Origin: a virus | Virus record (IMG/VR): IMGVR_UViG_3300009523_000001 | Span: 32,001 to 96,000 of that record | Direction: 5' to 3' (one strand) | DNA length: 64,000 nt | Part shown: piece by piece, positions 41,174 to 50,538 of the stretch | How the letters are laid out: each line of letters starts with the position of its first letter | Position numbering within the stretch: position 1 is the first letter of the stretch | The notes under the pieces: generated by a model | What the model saw: only the letters and a program-made list of their open reading frames with translations | Databases searched by the model: none | What the model was told of the DNA's origin: nothing | Translations under genes and position numbers: made by a program

Positions 41174-41476
41174 CTACTTTACGACGGCGCCGACGACGCC
41201 GCCCGCGACCGCGGTGGCAGCGAGGATTTTCCAGTTGCGCTGCAGGCGCGTGGCGACGCCGCGGACGCCGCCGAGGTTGGTCCCCTCCCCGAAGAACGTC
41301 GTCGCAAAGGCGGCGGCGGCGGCGGACATCGCGGCGCCGCCGACGAAGGCCCCCACCTTGCCAGCGGGCACGGAGAGGATGCTCGATTCCGCCGCAGGTT
41401 TGGCGAAAGTGCTCTGCGGCGCGAGGCCCACGCCGAACCCGGGAGCCGGTCGGCCGCCGAACTGGATGCGTTCCAT
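41174..41476 (-). CDS. Membrane protein with GRP-GFGVG motif
   Basis: IQFGGRPAPGFGVG; two hydrophobic helices. Confidence 0.75.
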   Translation of the reverse strand: MERIQFGGRPAPGFGVGLAPQSTFAKPAAESSILSVPAGKVGAFVGGAAMSAAAAAFATTFFGEGTNLGGVRGVATRLQRNWKILAATAVAGGVVGAVVK

Positions 41477-41509
41477 GCCCTCGAGCGTACGACGGTTCGG
41501 CGAGCGCGT

Positions 41510-42082
41510 CTACGCAGTCGCGCGGGTGCGGGCGGCCGCCGCCAGCGCCACGCCTCCAACGACGACGACGGCACCGCTCACAAGCAGGACGGTGGTCGTG
41601 TTCTCCGCGAACCAATCGAGAAAGCCGCCCTGCTGGGGCGCATCGGATGCAGGGGGAGACCCTCCCGGCAGTCTCGGAGGCGGCGCGGATCCTCTCGGCA
41701 CCGTCTTTGATGCGAGAGACGCCGCAAGGCTCGCTGCCTGCTGGTAGGCGTCGATCATGTCGTGGACGATCCCCTTCGCCATCTCCACGTCCGAACCGGT
41801 AGCCCCCGTGATGTTCGCGAGCTCTCCGTTCTTCTGCCACACGAGCTGCGTCCTCTTCATGACGTCGGGGCTGCCGCCGGACAGCGCGTCGATGGCGGGA
41901 CCCACGACACTGACCGCCGCGTTTCCCGCCGCCTGCAGGTCGGCGACTGCTTTGTTCGGATTGGTGATTCTCGGGCTGCGGTACTGCGCGAACGCAGCCT
42001 GCAGCGCTGCGATGCCCGGACCGATGACATCGGGCGCGCCCACGCCGAACCAGGCCACCGGTCGGCCGTTGAACTGGAGCAT
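41510..42082 (-). CDS. C-terminally anchored protein with GRPV-FGVG motif
   Basis: LQFNGRPVAWFGVG; C-terminal TM. Confidence 0.8.
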   Translation of the reverse strand: MLQFNGRPVAWFGVGAPDVIGPGIAALQAAFAQYRSPRITNPNKAVADLQAAGNAAVSVVGPAIDALSGGSPDVMKRTQLVWQKNGELANITGATGSDVEMAKGIVHDMIDAYQQAASLAASLASKTVPRGSAPPPRLPGGSPPASDAPQQGGFLDWFAENTTTVLLVSGAVVVVGGVALAAAARTRATA

Positions 42083-42102
42083 GCGGACCAGCGTACGCCG
42101 CT

Positions 42103-42819
42103 TCAGGCGGCTGGTCTACGCGGCGGCAGGTACGCGGCGGCTGCGACAGGAGCGAGTTTGACCGCCGCGACGACACCGCCGACCACCACCACCCCGACCA
42201 CGACCCAGAGCTGCCACGGGATCAGGTTGCTGGCAGCTTTCCCCGCCGCTGCTGCGGCCCCTTCGAGGGCTTCGGTCGCGATGTTCCCGATTTTCTGGAG
42301 TCCCCGTGAACCGACCAGGCCAAGGATCCCGAGAAAGTCCGCATCGATGGCCACAGACTGCAGGTCGGTGAGCACCTTGCGTTGCACGTCCGGCGACGGT
42401 GGATCCGGCCATTTCATGCCGGGCGCGAACTTGTCGACCTTTTCGTCGGCGGCGAGGTTGCTGATCCGCGTAATCGTGTCTTCCCAGGACTTGAGAATGA
42501 TGCCGGATTGTTCTTCGATCCGGTTCGGCGTCAGCCCGGCGAACTGGTTCCACGCCGCGAGCATGGTCTGCGCCTGATTGCGGTACGCGGCGCCCAGCTT
42601 CTTCAGCTCGTCGGTGGTGAATCCGGTCGGTGGGTGAGCCGCCACCATGTCGAACGAGTCGGCCACGGTCGTCATGTTTCGGAGCATTCCGAGGACGTAC
42701 GGATCCCACGCGCCGCGGTACGCGAGGACTGCGGCGACGACCGCGGACTGCGGCGGCGCGGCGGCTCCGAGAAAGCCAGCAACGGCACGGCCGCGGAATC
42801 GAATCGATTCGGTGATCAT
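42103..42819 (-). CDS. C-terminally anchored protein with GRAVAGFLG motif
   Basis: ATGA-coupled start 42819; C-terminal TM. Confidence 0.8.
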   Translation of the reverse strand: MITESIRFRGRAVAGFLGAAAPPQSAVVAAVLAYRGAWDPYVLGMLRNMTTVADSFDMVAAHPPTGFTTDELKKLGAAYRNQAQTMLAAWNQFAGLTPNRIEEQSGIILKSWEDTITRISNLAADEKVDKFAPGMKWPDPPSPDVQRKVLTDLQSVAIDADFLGILGLVGSRGLQKIGNIATEALEGAAAAAGKAASNLIPWQLWVVVGVVVVGGVVAAVKLAPVAAAAYLPPRRPAA

Positions 42820-43205
42820 TTTCGCTTCCTCCGAAACGTCCGCCGAGCAATTTCTTCGAGGGCCCATCCGGTCGCCGTAGAGACGAGGCTCATGACCAGG
42901 GCGTACTTCCACGGCGACGGGTGGGGAGGCGCAGCCGTCGCCGGCGCATCGAGGTGCCCCACTCCAGTGCTCATCCGTCCGCGCAAGAGATTCGCCATCT
43001 CGAGCGCGGTGCGCTGCGTGGGCACGATCCCGCCGCCCGGTTCGGTGCAGCCGCCCCCGTCGACCAGCGCGTCCCCTCGCCCAGAAGCGATGAGGCGATC
43101 CATGTCCTGGAGCTTGTTGCGCGTCGCGACCCACTCGGGCAGCGGCATCGATCCGAGGCCGAACCCGATGACCAGCCGCCCGTTGCGGTGGATGCCGTCT
43201 TGCAC
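42816..43205 (-). CDS. C-terminally anchored protein with GRLVIGFGLG motif
   Basis: GTG 43205 seven nt after a TACGTT -10; TM and basic tail. Confidence 0.7.
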   Translation of the reverse strand: MQDGIHRNGRLVIGFGLGSMPLPEWVATRNKLQDMDRLIASGRGDALVDGGGCTEPGGGIVPTQRTALEMANLLRGRMSTGVGHLDAPATAAPPHPSPWKYALVMSLVSTATGWALEEIARRTFRRKRK

Positions 43206-43225
43206 GCCGTTCAACGTACCACGGG

Positions 43226-43852
43226 CTAGTCCGGGAGTGTCGGAGGGTCGTTGCGGAGCTGCGCGGTGAGGCAGAACTCAATGAGATGCTGCAGGCGTGA
43301 CACGTCGATGACTCCGGAGGCCCAAGCGCGATCAGCGGCTTCCAGCGCTCGGACGTATGCAATGGGAGCGTACTTGATTCGCTGCGGTACGGGACTTTCG
43401 CCACCGAGTTCCTTGCCGAGTCTCTGGCACATGATCAAGTAGGATACGGCCCTGGCGGTTCGACCGTTGCCGTCGTCGAACGGATGAATCCACGCGATCT
43501 TCCACATGACGAAGGCAGCGAGAAACATCGCTTCACTCTCGTCCTCGGCATCGTACTCGTTGACGAAGGTGCACACGTCTTGCACAAGACGGTCGACGTC
43601 CACATACGGCGGAGGCTCATGGTGCGATCCGAAGATTTCGACGTCGCTTGTTCTCCATCGACCGGCGTTCGGAAGAATATCCTGCATTGCAACTTGATGA
43701 AGGCGGAGGATCATCCGCGGCGTCAGCGTTCGGTACGCAGGTGACCGTAGAGATTGACGCATCCACTGTCGTACCATCCGCAGTTGCTCAAGGCCGCCTT
43801 CGGCCTCACGGATCTCGGGTTCGTCCGAATCGTCGTCGTACCCCCACCCCAC
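43226..43852 (-). CDS. Fic-domain AMPylating toxin
   Basis: Canonical HPFDDGNGRTAR. Confidence 0.93.
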   Translation of the reverse strand: MGWGYDDDSDEPEIREAEGGLEQLRMVRQWMRQSLRSPAYRTLTPRMILRLHQVAMQDILPNAGRWRTSDVEIFGSHHEPPPYVDVDRLVQDVCTFVNEYDAEDESEAMFLAAFVMWKIAWIHPFDDGNGRTARAVSYLIMCQRLGKELGGESPVPQRIKYAPIAYVRALEAADRAWASGVIDVSRLQHLIEFCLTAQLRNDPPTLPD

Positions 43853-44031
43853 TAGCCGGACATGCGGCGGCGTTCGCGCAACCTCTCCGCTGCGATGTCG
43901 ACGATCTCACGCGTTACCCGAGGATTCTCCAGGCCGATGTTTCCGACGACGAAGTTGCGCGACTGCTCTTCGCGCTCCGCCTCGGTCATCGGGCGCGACT
44001 CTCGAATCAGTCGGGCGAGTTCGCGGGTCAT
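43852..44031 (-). CDS. Putative Fic antitoxin (59 aa)
   Basis: Below track cutoff: MTRELARLIRESRPMTEAEREEQSRNFVVGNIGLENPRVTREIV; stop overlaps the Fic start; promoter TTGCGC-17-TACACT. Confidence 0.72.
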   Translation of the reverse strand: MTRELARLIRESRPMTEAEREEQSRNFVVGNIGLENPRVTREIVDIAAERLRERRRMSG

Positions 44032-44079
44032 GGTCGTCTAGTGTAGCGGCTGCATAATTCTAGCGCAAATGCCGGAAAA

Positions 44080-44280
44080 TCACCGTATTCGCGCTGCCGC
44101 TGCTGTCTGTGTCTCGGATCCGTTCTTGGCTGCCTGGTACGCGCCCACGGCCTTTCTCGCCCGCTCGCCGGCCATCCCACGCACGCTCCCGGGTTCGCGC
44201 AGCTCGCGCAAGATCGATCGGGGGTCGACGTCGTGCGTGGCGGAGAGGCGGCGGAGGGTCGCGGCGGGGATGGTGGGCAT
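44080..44280 (-). CDS. Small HTH-like regulator
   Basis: LRRLSATHDVDPRSILREL, similar to the DPRSV protein at 9026. Confidence 0.55.
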   Translation of the reverse strand: MPTIPAATLRRLSATHDVDPRSILRELREPGSVRGMAGERARKAVGAYQAAKNGSETQTAAAARIR

Positions 44281-44413
44281 CGGTTTCTGGAGTTCATGTT
44301 TCCACGATGCGATCACGGTGTCTACACCATGCGAAGAATCGTGCGTGGACGCTCGTCGATCGATTGACGAGGTCACACGCACTACCGCAGAGTTCCCGGC
44401 GTAGGTCCGAGGG

Positions 44414-44623
44414 ATGTCATCGCGAGCCATCATCTATACCGAGGTTGCGACGATCAAAATGACCCCCGAACAGCGGCGGCTTATCAGCCAACGTGCGAAG
44501 CACTGCGGCGTGCGCGTCTCCGTGTGGATGCGATCGGTGCTCCTGCAGGCGGCGCAGTCCGCGGCCAGGCAGCCGAGCGATGGCTACATTCGAATCCGCG
44601 AACCGGACGGAGTGACCACATGA
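44414..44623 (+). CDS. Ribbon-helix-helix (MobC/CopG-like) regulator
   Basis: ATIKMTPEQRRLISQRAKHCGVRVSVWMRSVLL. Confidence 0.65.
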   Translation: MSSRAIIYTEVATIKMTPEQRRLISQRAKHCGVRVSVWMRSVLLQAAQSAARQPSDGYIRIREPDGVTT

Positions 44624-45069
44624 ACCGTTCGCAGCACATGATGGGGTTCGGCCCTGAACCGCGCACCACCGTCGACAATCGGGTCTGGTTCGGCCAGAAG
44701 CTCGCGCTCTGGAAGAGCAAGGTCGCCCTGGAGATTGCCGGCAAGCAAGCGGCCGAGATCCTCGCGCGCTGCGCGCACATGACGGGCTGCCCCGCCGAAT
44801 CGGTCGAGACCGAGTCCTGCCTGCCCGACTGCCCCGATCGCGAGATCCGGATGTCGGCGCTCGTGATCCTCAGCGCCGCCCACCAGTTGGCACCGCCCGT
44901 CGCCTCCAAGCTCGCGCAGCCGTACACGGCGCCGAGCCGGGAAACCTTCTCGGCCATCGTCGCGGATCTCGCGGCATGCCAGGCGGAGCTCGAAACCCTG
45001 CGCGGCGCCGCGGTGACGATGCCGCCTTTCGACGACCCCACCCCAAAGCTCAAGGAGAAAGCCCCATGA
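44620..45069 (+). CDS. Hypothetical protein with Cys/His cluster
   Basis: ATGA-coupled; CAH..C..C..DCPDRE. Confidence 0.7.
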   Translation: MNRSQHMMGFGPEPRTTVDNRVWFGQKLALWKSKVALEIAGKQAAEILARCAHMTGCPAESVETESCLPDCPDREIRMSALVILSAAHQLAPPVASKLAQPYTAPSRETFSAIVADLAACQAELETLRGAAVTMPPFDDPTPKLKEKAP

Positions 45070-45449
45070 AGTTCGAACCCCGACGCGGTCAGGCGATCGG
45101 CCGCATCGTCGTCCGGCCCCCCTCCTCGTCCATCGTGCGGACGGACGAGACGAAGGAGACGACGAAATTCATGCTGCTCGACGCCGTCGGTTCTGATTTT
45201 GAGGAGAGAGGGCTGCGGGCGGGCGACGTGGTGCTGCCAAGGAAGATCCACATCATCCAGATGGACGGAGGAACCTCGGTTCGACCGTTCGTCGAAGAGG
45301 ACGACGTTGTGCTCATCGTCCGAGACTGGACCAGCCTCGACGATTTCTACGTGCAGACCGAGAACGGCAAGGCGTACGTGCCGTTCGACGACCCGCGGGC
45401 GGCGCCGTCGCTCGGAATTGTCGTCGAGCGCGCGGCAGCGGCGGCGTGA
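45066..45449 (+). CDS. GroES-like co-chaperonin (divergent)
   Basis: MKFEP..SSIV..KE..AVG..LRAGDVV..DG..VEEDDVV follows the Cpn10 pattern. Confidence 0.65.
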   Translation: MKFEPRRGQAIGRIVVRPPSSSIVRTDETKETTKFMLLDAVGSDFEERGLRAGDVVLPRKIHIIQMDGGTSVRPFVEEDDVVLIVRDWTSLDDFYVQTENGKAYVPFDDPRAAPSLGIVVERAAAAA

Positions 45450-46156
45450 GGGGACCCATGATTACCCGGAGCGCGTACGACCCGTCGGCGATCAGCCGCC
45501 TGCGGCGCGGGTGCGCCTGCCACGAGCCGGCGTTGGCGCGAACCCTCGCCGAGCGCGCGGTGCGATCCAGTCAACGAACTGGCCGGCGTCCCCGGATGAA
45601 GGACGACGCCCACGAGGTTGCACTCGCGGACGCGGGAGCCGACCCGGTGGTCCTTGGAGCCGGCAACGGATCGAAGTGCCGCCCGTTTCTGACGGTCCAG
45701 AAGGACCAAGAGCGGTTCGCGGCCTGCAACGCACTCGCCGACTCGATCGGACCGCTCGATGATCCGAAAAAAGCGTTCAAGCTAATCCGCGAGGCCATCG
45801 GTGACGAGGTCAACGAGGTCTTCGGGATCGTCACCCTCGATCTGCATCTGAGGATGAAGAGCATCGCCGAGACCGGTCGAGGGGAACCGTCCGCCGTGAT
45901 GGCGCCAATGGTGCCGACGCTGCAGGCAGCACTTATTGACGGTGCGCACGCCATCATCCTCTGCCACTGCCACCCCTCTGGGGTGCCGGCCGAGCCGAGC
46001 GACGCGGACAAGGAGACGACCGAGGCGTTCGCAGACGCGTGCGAGGTCATCAACGTCCACCTGATGGACCACATCATCGTGGGTGGGACTGTAGAGAAAC
46101 CGTCGTACTTCAGTTTTGTTGAGGCGGGTCTTCTGCAACCACCCGAGGATTTGTGA
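45446..46156 (+). CDS. RadC-like JAB-domain protein
   Basis: E..HCHPSG..PSDAD..LMDHIIV. Confidence 0.88.
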   Translation: MRGPMITRSAYDPSAISRLRRGCACHEPALARTLAERAVRSSQRTGRRPRMKDDAHEVALADAGADPVVLGAGNGSKCRPFLTVQKDQERFAACNALADSIGPLDDPKKAFKLIREAIGDEVNEVFGIVTLDLHLRMKSIAETGRGEPSAVMAPMVPTLQAALIDGAHAIILCHCHPSGVPAEPSDADKETTEAFADACEVINVHLMDHIIVGGTVEKPSYFSFVEAGLLQPPEDL

Positions 46157-46195
46157 AGTTCGTCTGCACCCATTTCCCACGGAGCCAAACTTTCC

Positions 46196-46639
46196 ATGCC
46201 GCCTAGCAACCTCCCCCGCGATGTCGGTCCGTCCATCCTCCCGGTCGAACGTCTCTTGCCGCAACCGAGCCCGGACGCGACGGCGCTGGTCCGGTTGGTC
46301 ACCGCTTCGCTCACCGCGGATGGAGACAAAGAGCTCACGGTGTGGATCCTGAACCATCCGCACCCGCTCGCGACCGAGGCCAAGATCGTGCGGATGTACT
46401 CCCGCGAAGACGGCGGGATTGAGGTGTACTCGAGCGACGGCAAGATGTTCGTGCGCACGGTCATTCCGGAACGCTGCATTCGATTCTTCGACGAGGCCAT
46501 GAGCGAGGACACCTTCGTCGAGTTCATTACGATCGCCGAGGAAGACGAAGATGAGCCGGAACCGGAGGAACCGGAGCCGGAGCCGGAGCCGGAGCCCGCA
46601 CCGACCCCAGGCACCAACGGTCCGAGCGCAACGACGTAG
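46196..46639 (+). CDS. Hypothetical protein with acidic EP-repeat tail
   Basis: Operon context; (EP)n tail. Confidence 0.7.
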   Translation: MPPSNLPRDVGPSILPVERLLPQPSPDATALVRLVTASLTADGDKELTVWILNHPHPLATEAKIVRMYSREDGGIEVYSSDGKMFVRTVIPERCIRFFDEAMSEDTFVEFITIAEEDEDEPEPEEPEPEPEPEPAPTPGTNGPSATT

Positions 46640-46648
46640 GGGCCCACC

Positions 46649-48502
46649 ATGCCGCCGCCGGACGATCGCGACGAAGACAATCCTGAAGAAGAGGAGGAGG
46701 AAGAGGACCCGGACGAGACGGAAGATGACGCCGTCACGTCCACGACCGATCAGAGGCTGGTGCGACTTCCTCGTCGCCGACCCGATCCGCCGACGAACGA
46801 CTCCGGCGAGCCCGCCAACCGACCTCCAGCACCTCCCGATCGGCGACCTCGCCGCCGCCTCGACGCCCCCAACAACGCCGCTCCACCGCCTCGCCGTCGT
46901 CGTGCACCGCCCCCCGCGCCGCCACCCTCTCCCGACCCGATCCTCCCCATGAACACACCCGCTCCGCCCGCTGCCGGTCCGCCGCCCGCTCTGGCTATCC
47001 CGCCCGCGTCGCACGCCGCCGACGGCAACATCCTGCTCGCGTTCGAAGAGACGATCCGGCTCTTCCCGGCAGCAGCGCAGACCATTGCCGTCGAGAGAAA
47101 GACCGGCACGCCGGCGCAGTGGATGATCACCAGCCGCCCGCGCACGGCCAACGAGCTGTACGACGCGATCAAACTCTTGCACGGCCGAGCGGGAGAGACC
47201 ACCTACGAGGTCACCTTCCGCGACGGGGCCGGCCACGGCAACGGGGGGCAAGTCTCGATGCCGAGCACGCTGGGCGACCCCTTGCCGCCCGGCGCTCCTG
47301 CTGTGCCCCAGCCCTATCCACCGCCGTACGCGCCGCCGTACGCGCAGATGCCCACGGCGTACGCGGCGCCCCCGATGCCTCCTGCCGCTCCTATAGCCGG
47401 CGCGCCGTTCGACGCGAACACGCTGCTCACCATGCAGCGCCAGCTCTTCGAGATGATGCAGGCGATGGCTCCGAAGCCCGTGACCGCTCCGCCGCCCATG
47501 CCGCCTGCAGCTCCTCCCCAGGCACCGGTCGATCAGGCGACCCCGCTGCTCGCGATGCAGAAGCAACTGTTCGAGATGATGCAAGCAATGCAGGCGACGG
47601 CCGCCGGGCACGCGCCGCCGCCACCGCCGCCGCCCCAACCGATGGCTCCGCCGCCACCGGCGACCGCCCCGCCCGACCCGGCGGCGGCGATGCTCGCGAT
47701 GCAGAAGCAACTGTTCGAGATGATGCAAGCGATGCAGGCGACAGCGGCCGGGCACGCGCGACCGGCGCATCCCGCGACGCCGCCGGTGTTCGTCGCTCCA
47801 CCGCCAGCGACGGACCCGACCACGGCGATGCTGACGATGCAGAAGCAGATGTTCGAGATGATGCTGACGATGATGCAGACGGCCCAGCGCGGAGCCGGCG
47901 CATCGCCCGCGGGCGGACCGTACTACCGGCCGCGCTACCCGGGTCCGTCCGATCCGCGCGACCCGAATGCGCCGCCGTACGATCCCCGATCGCCCTATTC
48001 ACCGCCCGCGCGCCCGCAGACGCCATCCCAGCAGCTCCGCGAAGCGGCCAGTGTCTTCCGCGACACGATCGAAGTCGCGCGCGAATTCGGGTTCGGTGGC
48101 GCAGCCGCCGAACCGCCACCGCCCGAGGACGACGACAGCCCCGTCCGCGTCATCGACATGGGGCCGGCCAAGGGGGTCATCAACCGGGAGGACGGAAGCC
48201 TGCGCGGCGTCGAGACGTTCATGGCCAATCTGCCCGACATCCTCAAGTGGGTCGGCGAGCAGCGGGCGGAGATCCGCAAGGCCAACGAGAAACGGCAAGA
48301 GCAGCAGCAGTTGCCGCCCGGCTACGTCAGGGTAGGACCCGGCTACGAACCGCCGGAGGGCTTCGTCGCGGTCCCGGTCGACCAGATCCCATCGTCTGCG
48401 CAGGAGGCGTTGCCCGAACCGCCGGCCGAGATGCCGCCACCGATCGCAGAACCGCCGCCCGCAGCCGCACCGCCGAAGCGGGCGTGGGGGATGCCGCGGT
48501 GA
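46649..48502 (+). CDS. Pro-rich protein with four MQ(K/R)Q(L/M)FEMM helical repeats
   Basis: Repeats visible in protein and DNA (~47547 and ~47691). Confidence 0.8.
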   Translation: MPPPDDRDEDNPEEEEEEEDPDETEDDAVTSTTDQRLVRLPRRRPDPPTNDSGEPANRPPAPPDRRPRRRLDAPNNAAPPPRRRRAPPPAPPPSPDPILPMNTPAPPAAGPPPALAIPPASHAADGNILLAFEETIRLFPAAAQTIAVERKTGTPAQWMITSRPRTANELYDAIKLLHGRAGETTYEVTFRDGAGHGNGGQVSMPSTLGDPLPPGAPAVPQPYPPPYAPPYAQMPTAYAAPPMPPAAPIAGAPFDANTLLTMQRQLFEMMQAMAPKPVTAPPPMPPAAPPQAPVDQATPLLAMQKQLFEMMQAMQATAAGHAPPPPPPPQPMAPPPPATAPPDPAAAMLAMQKQLFEMMQAMQATAAGHARPAHPATPPVFVAPPPATDPTTAMLTMQKQMFEMMLTMMQTAQRGAGASPAGGPYYRPRYPGPSDPRDPNAPPYDPRSPYSPPARPQTPSQQLREAASVFRDTIEVAREFGFGGAAAEPPPPEDDDSPVRVIDMGPAKGVINREDGSLRGVETFMANLPDILKWVGEQRAEIRKANEKRQEQQQLPPGYVRVGPGYEPPEGFVAVPVDQIPSSAQEALPEPPAEMPPPIAEPPPAAAPPKRAWGMPR

Positions 48503-49167
48503 AGTTCAGCGTAAATATGGAGGTGACCGACGACGAGCTGAAGGAGTACGCGGCCGACGTGCTCCTGAAAGTACTCGGTGCCGCGTGGCGTAGCATGGAG
48601 GGCGCGCTTACCGACCCGCAGGCCGCCGCGTTCGCGATGAACCTGTTCCAGCAAGGCATGCAGGCTGGCAGCCGGGTGGTGATGCAGCAGCAGCAGCAAC
48701 GCAAGCGCGGTCCGGTTCCCACGCACCCGCCTGGGTACGGACCGGGATTCGGTCCGGGGATGGCACCCATTGGGTTTGGGTACCCACCCCCAGGTCCCTA
48801 CGGGCCTGGGGCACCCCCAGGTCCCTACGGGCCTGGGGCACCCCCAGGTCCCTACGGGCCTGGGGCAGTGCCGTACGGGACTCCTGGCGCGAACGGTCCG
48901 GCCAGTCCAGGCAACGTGCAGGGCATCCGCTCCGGTGGCACCAATGGAATCGAGCGATGCTTCCCCATCGAGGGGACTCGGCAGACCGAGGAGGGGGTCG
49001 GTTGCTGCCAGTGCGCGACGTTCAATGGGTTGCAGCGCACCGTCTGCCGGTACTGCGGGCACACGCTCTGTCACGAGAGAGAGCAGCCGCCGATCGTCAC
49101 ACCGCCGCCGATTCGCACGCCAGGGCCTGGGATGGGTGGATCGCCACCTCCCAACGAGGGGGCGTGA
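48499..49167 (+). CDS. Pro/Gly-rich protein with C4 Zn finger
   Basis: GTGA-coupled; (PPGPYGPGA)x3; CQCATFN..CRYC. Confidence 0.72.
   Translation: MKFSVNMEVTDDELKEYAADVLLKVLGAAWRSMEGALTDPQAAAFAMNLFQQGMQAGSRVVMQQQQQRKRGPVPTHPPGYGPGFGPGMAPIGFGYPPPGPYGPGAPPGPYGPGAPPGPYGPGAVPYGTPGANGPASPGNVQGIRSGGTNGIERCFPIEGTRQTEEGVGCCQCATFNGLQRTVCRYCGHTLCHEREQPPIVTPPPIRTPGPGMGGSPPPNEGA
48785..48865 (+). repeat. Perfect 27-bp x3 coding tandem repeat
   Basis: cacccccaggtccctacgggcctgggg x3. Confidence 0.9.
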
Positions 49168-49343
49168 TGCGGTTCACGATCTTTATGAAGGTCTCCGTCG
49201 ACGCGACTGGCTCGCAGCAGGCGGTCGACTGGGCAAAGAGGCTCGAGAAGCTCCTCAAGGATCCGATGGCGAAGACGGCGATCGTGGCCGAGGGCATCAA
49301 GATGGTCGGCGACCCGGTGGCGCTGCAACCGAAGCCGGAGTAG
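49167..49343 (+). CDS. Small hypothetical protein
   Basis: TGATG-coupled, 58 aa. Confidence 0.6.
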   Translation: MRFTIFMKVSVDATGSQQAVDWAKRLEKLLKDPMAKTAIVAEGIKMVGDPVALQPKPE

Positions 49344-49449
49344 CTCCTTCCCATGAACCACCGTCGTCCGCCGTACGCAGCGAGGGCGCGACGAGCGCAG
49401 GATGGACGAAGGCTAGACGCTCCGATGGGTCGCGCGTAGGCTACGAGCT

Positions 49450-50538
49450 GTGAGGACGTACGTCGTACAACATGGCGACTCACCGGCGAGCATCGCGGCG
49501 AAGGATTTTATGGCCGGGTGCCCGAAGTGCTCGATCGAGCTTGGACGCGTGAACGTCCACAAGCCAACGATTGTTCATCCAAACGGTTACGTCACTTTCA
49601 AAGAGCTCCGCGTCGGCGAGACTTTGCTGTTGCCCGACGAGTGGTTCCACCCGGCTCGCGAGAGCCTGCCGCCGACCTACTACAAGATCCTCCCCCACCA
49701 CGACGGAGTCACGCGGGGGTCGCTCAGTGGTATGCTCGACGGATCCCCCGAGCTCGACGTGGCCGTGCCCGCGGTCGCCCAGCTCGCGGCGCTCGGTGAC
49801 ACCGCGTTCACTCAAGCCGTGGGCGACGCGGGCGCGAAGATCGACGCAGCGGTGAAGGAAGCAGTCGGTTCGACGTCGGCGGATGCCGCCGCCAAGGCGA
49901 AGGCCGTCCAGGACGCGACGCAGTGGGCCTGGCAACGCAATCGCGACCTCGCAGCCGCCGTCGCAGCGAACGACAGAGCCACCGTCACCCGCGCGCGACT
50001 CGACATCCAGAACGCCCTCTCGACCGCACTCGGCAACGCGCACCTGGCGATCCAGGCGCATGCCCCGTCTGCGTCTCCTGTGCCGAGCAGTTTGCAAGCG
50101 GCCGCGAAAGCCGCGGTGGCCGCCCTCTCGGCCGACCCGAATTATTGCACTTCGGTCACCCATCCCGGGACTCCGGTCAATGCCGCGGTGCACCGCTTCA
50201 AGTTGGCGTGGAACGCTTCGCAGTCTCCGAAGGTCCCCGTCGGTACGGGCACCTACGAAGTGGCCACGACGGTGGCGCTCGCGCAGGTGGTCGGCCAGGC
50301 CCCGTCGGCGTGCGGTGCGGGTCAACGCCCGATGCCCGCACCGAAACCACCCCCACCGATCCCGTCGCCGAAGCAGGAAGCGATCACGCCGCCGAGCGAT
50401 GAGAGCGGCGGCTGGTCCTCTTGGACGATTGCTGCAGCCACGGTGCTCGGAGTGGTGGCCGTAGGCGGTGTCGCGTACGTGGCGACGAGACCGAGCAAGC
50501 CCGCACGCCGATCGAGTTTCGCGCCGGAGCCCGCATGA
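49450..50538 (+). CDS. LysM-domain protein with C-terminal membrane anchor
   Basis: YVVQHGDSPASIA..N..LRVGETLLLP; C-terminal TM then TRP. Confidence 0.82.
   Translation: MRTYVVQHGDSPASIAAKDFMAGCPKCSIELGRVNVHKPTIVHPNGYVTFKELRVGETLLLPDEWFHPARESLPPTYYKILPHHDGVTRGSLSGMLDGSPELDVAVPAVAQLAALGDTAFTQAVGDAGAKIDAAVKEAVGSTSADAAAKAKAVQDATQWAWQRNRDLAAAVAANDRATVTRARLDIQNALSTALGNAHLAIQAHAPSASPVPSSLQAAAKAAVAALSADPNYCTSVTHPGTPVNAAVHRFKLAWNASQSPKVPVGTGTYEVATTVALAQVVGQAPSACGAGQRPMPAPKPPPPIPSPKQEAITPPSDESGGWSSWTIAAATVLGVVAVGGVAYVATRPSKPARRSSFAPEPA

Noticed and set aside
48785-48865. CRISPR-like 27-bp repeat
   Set aside because: No spacers; in-frame coding repeat.
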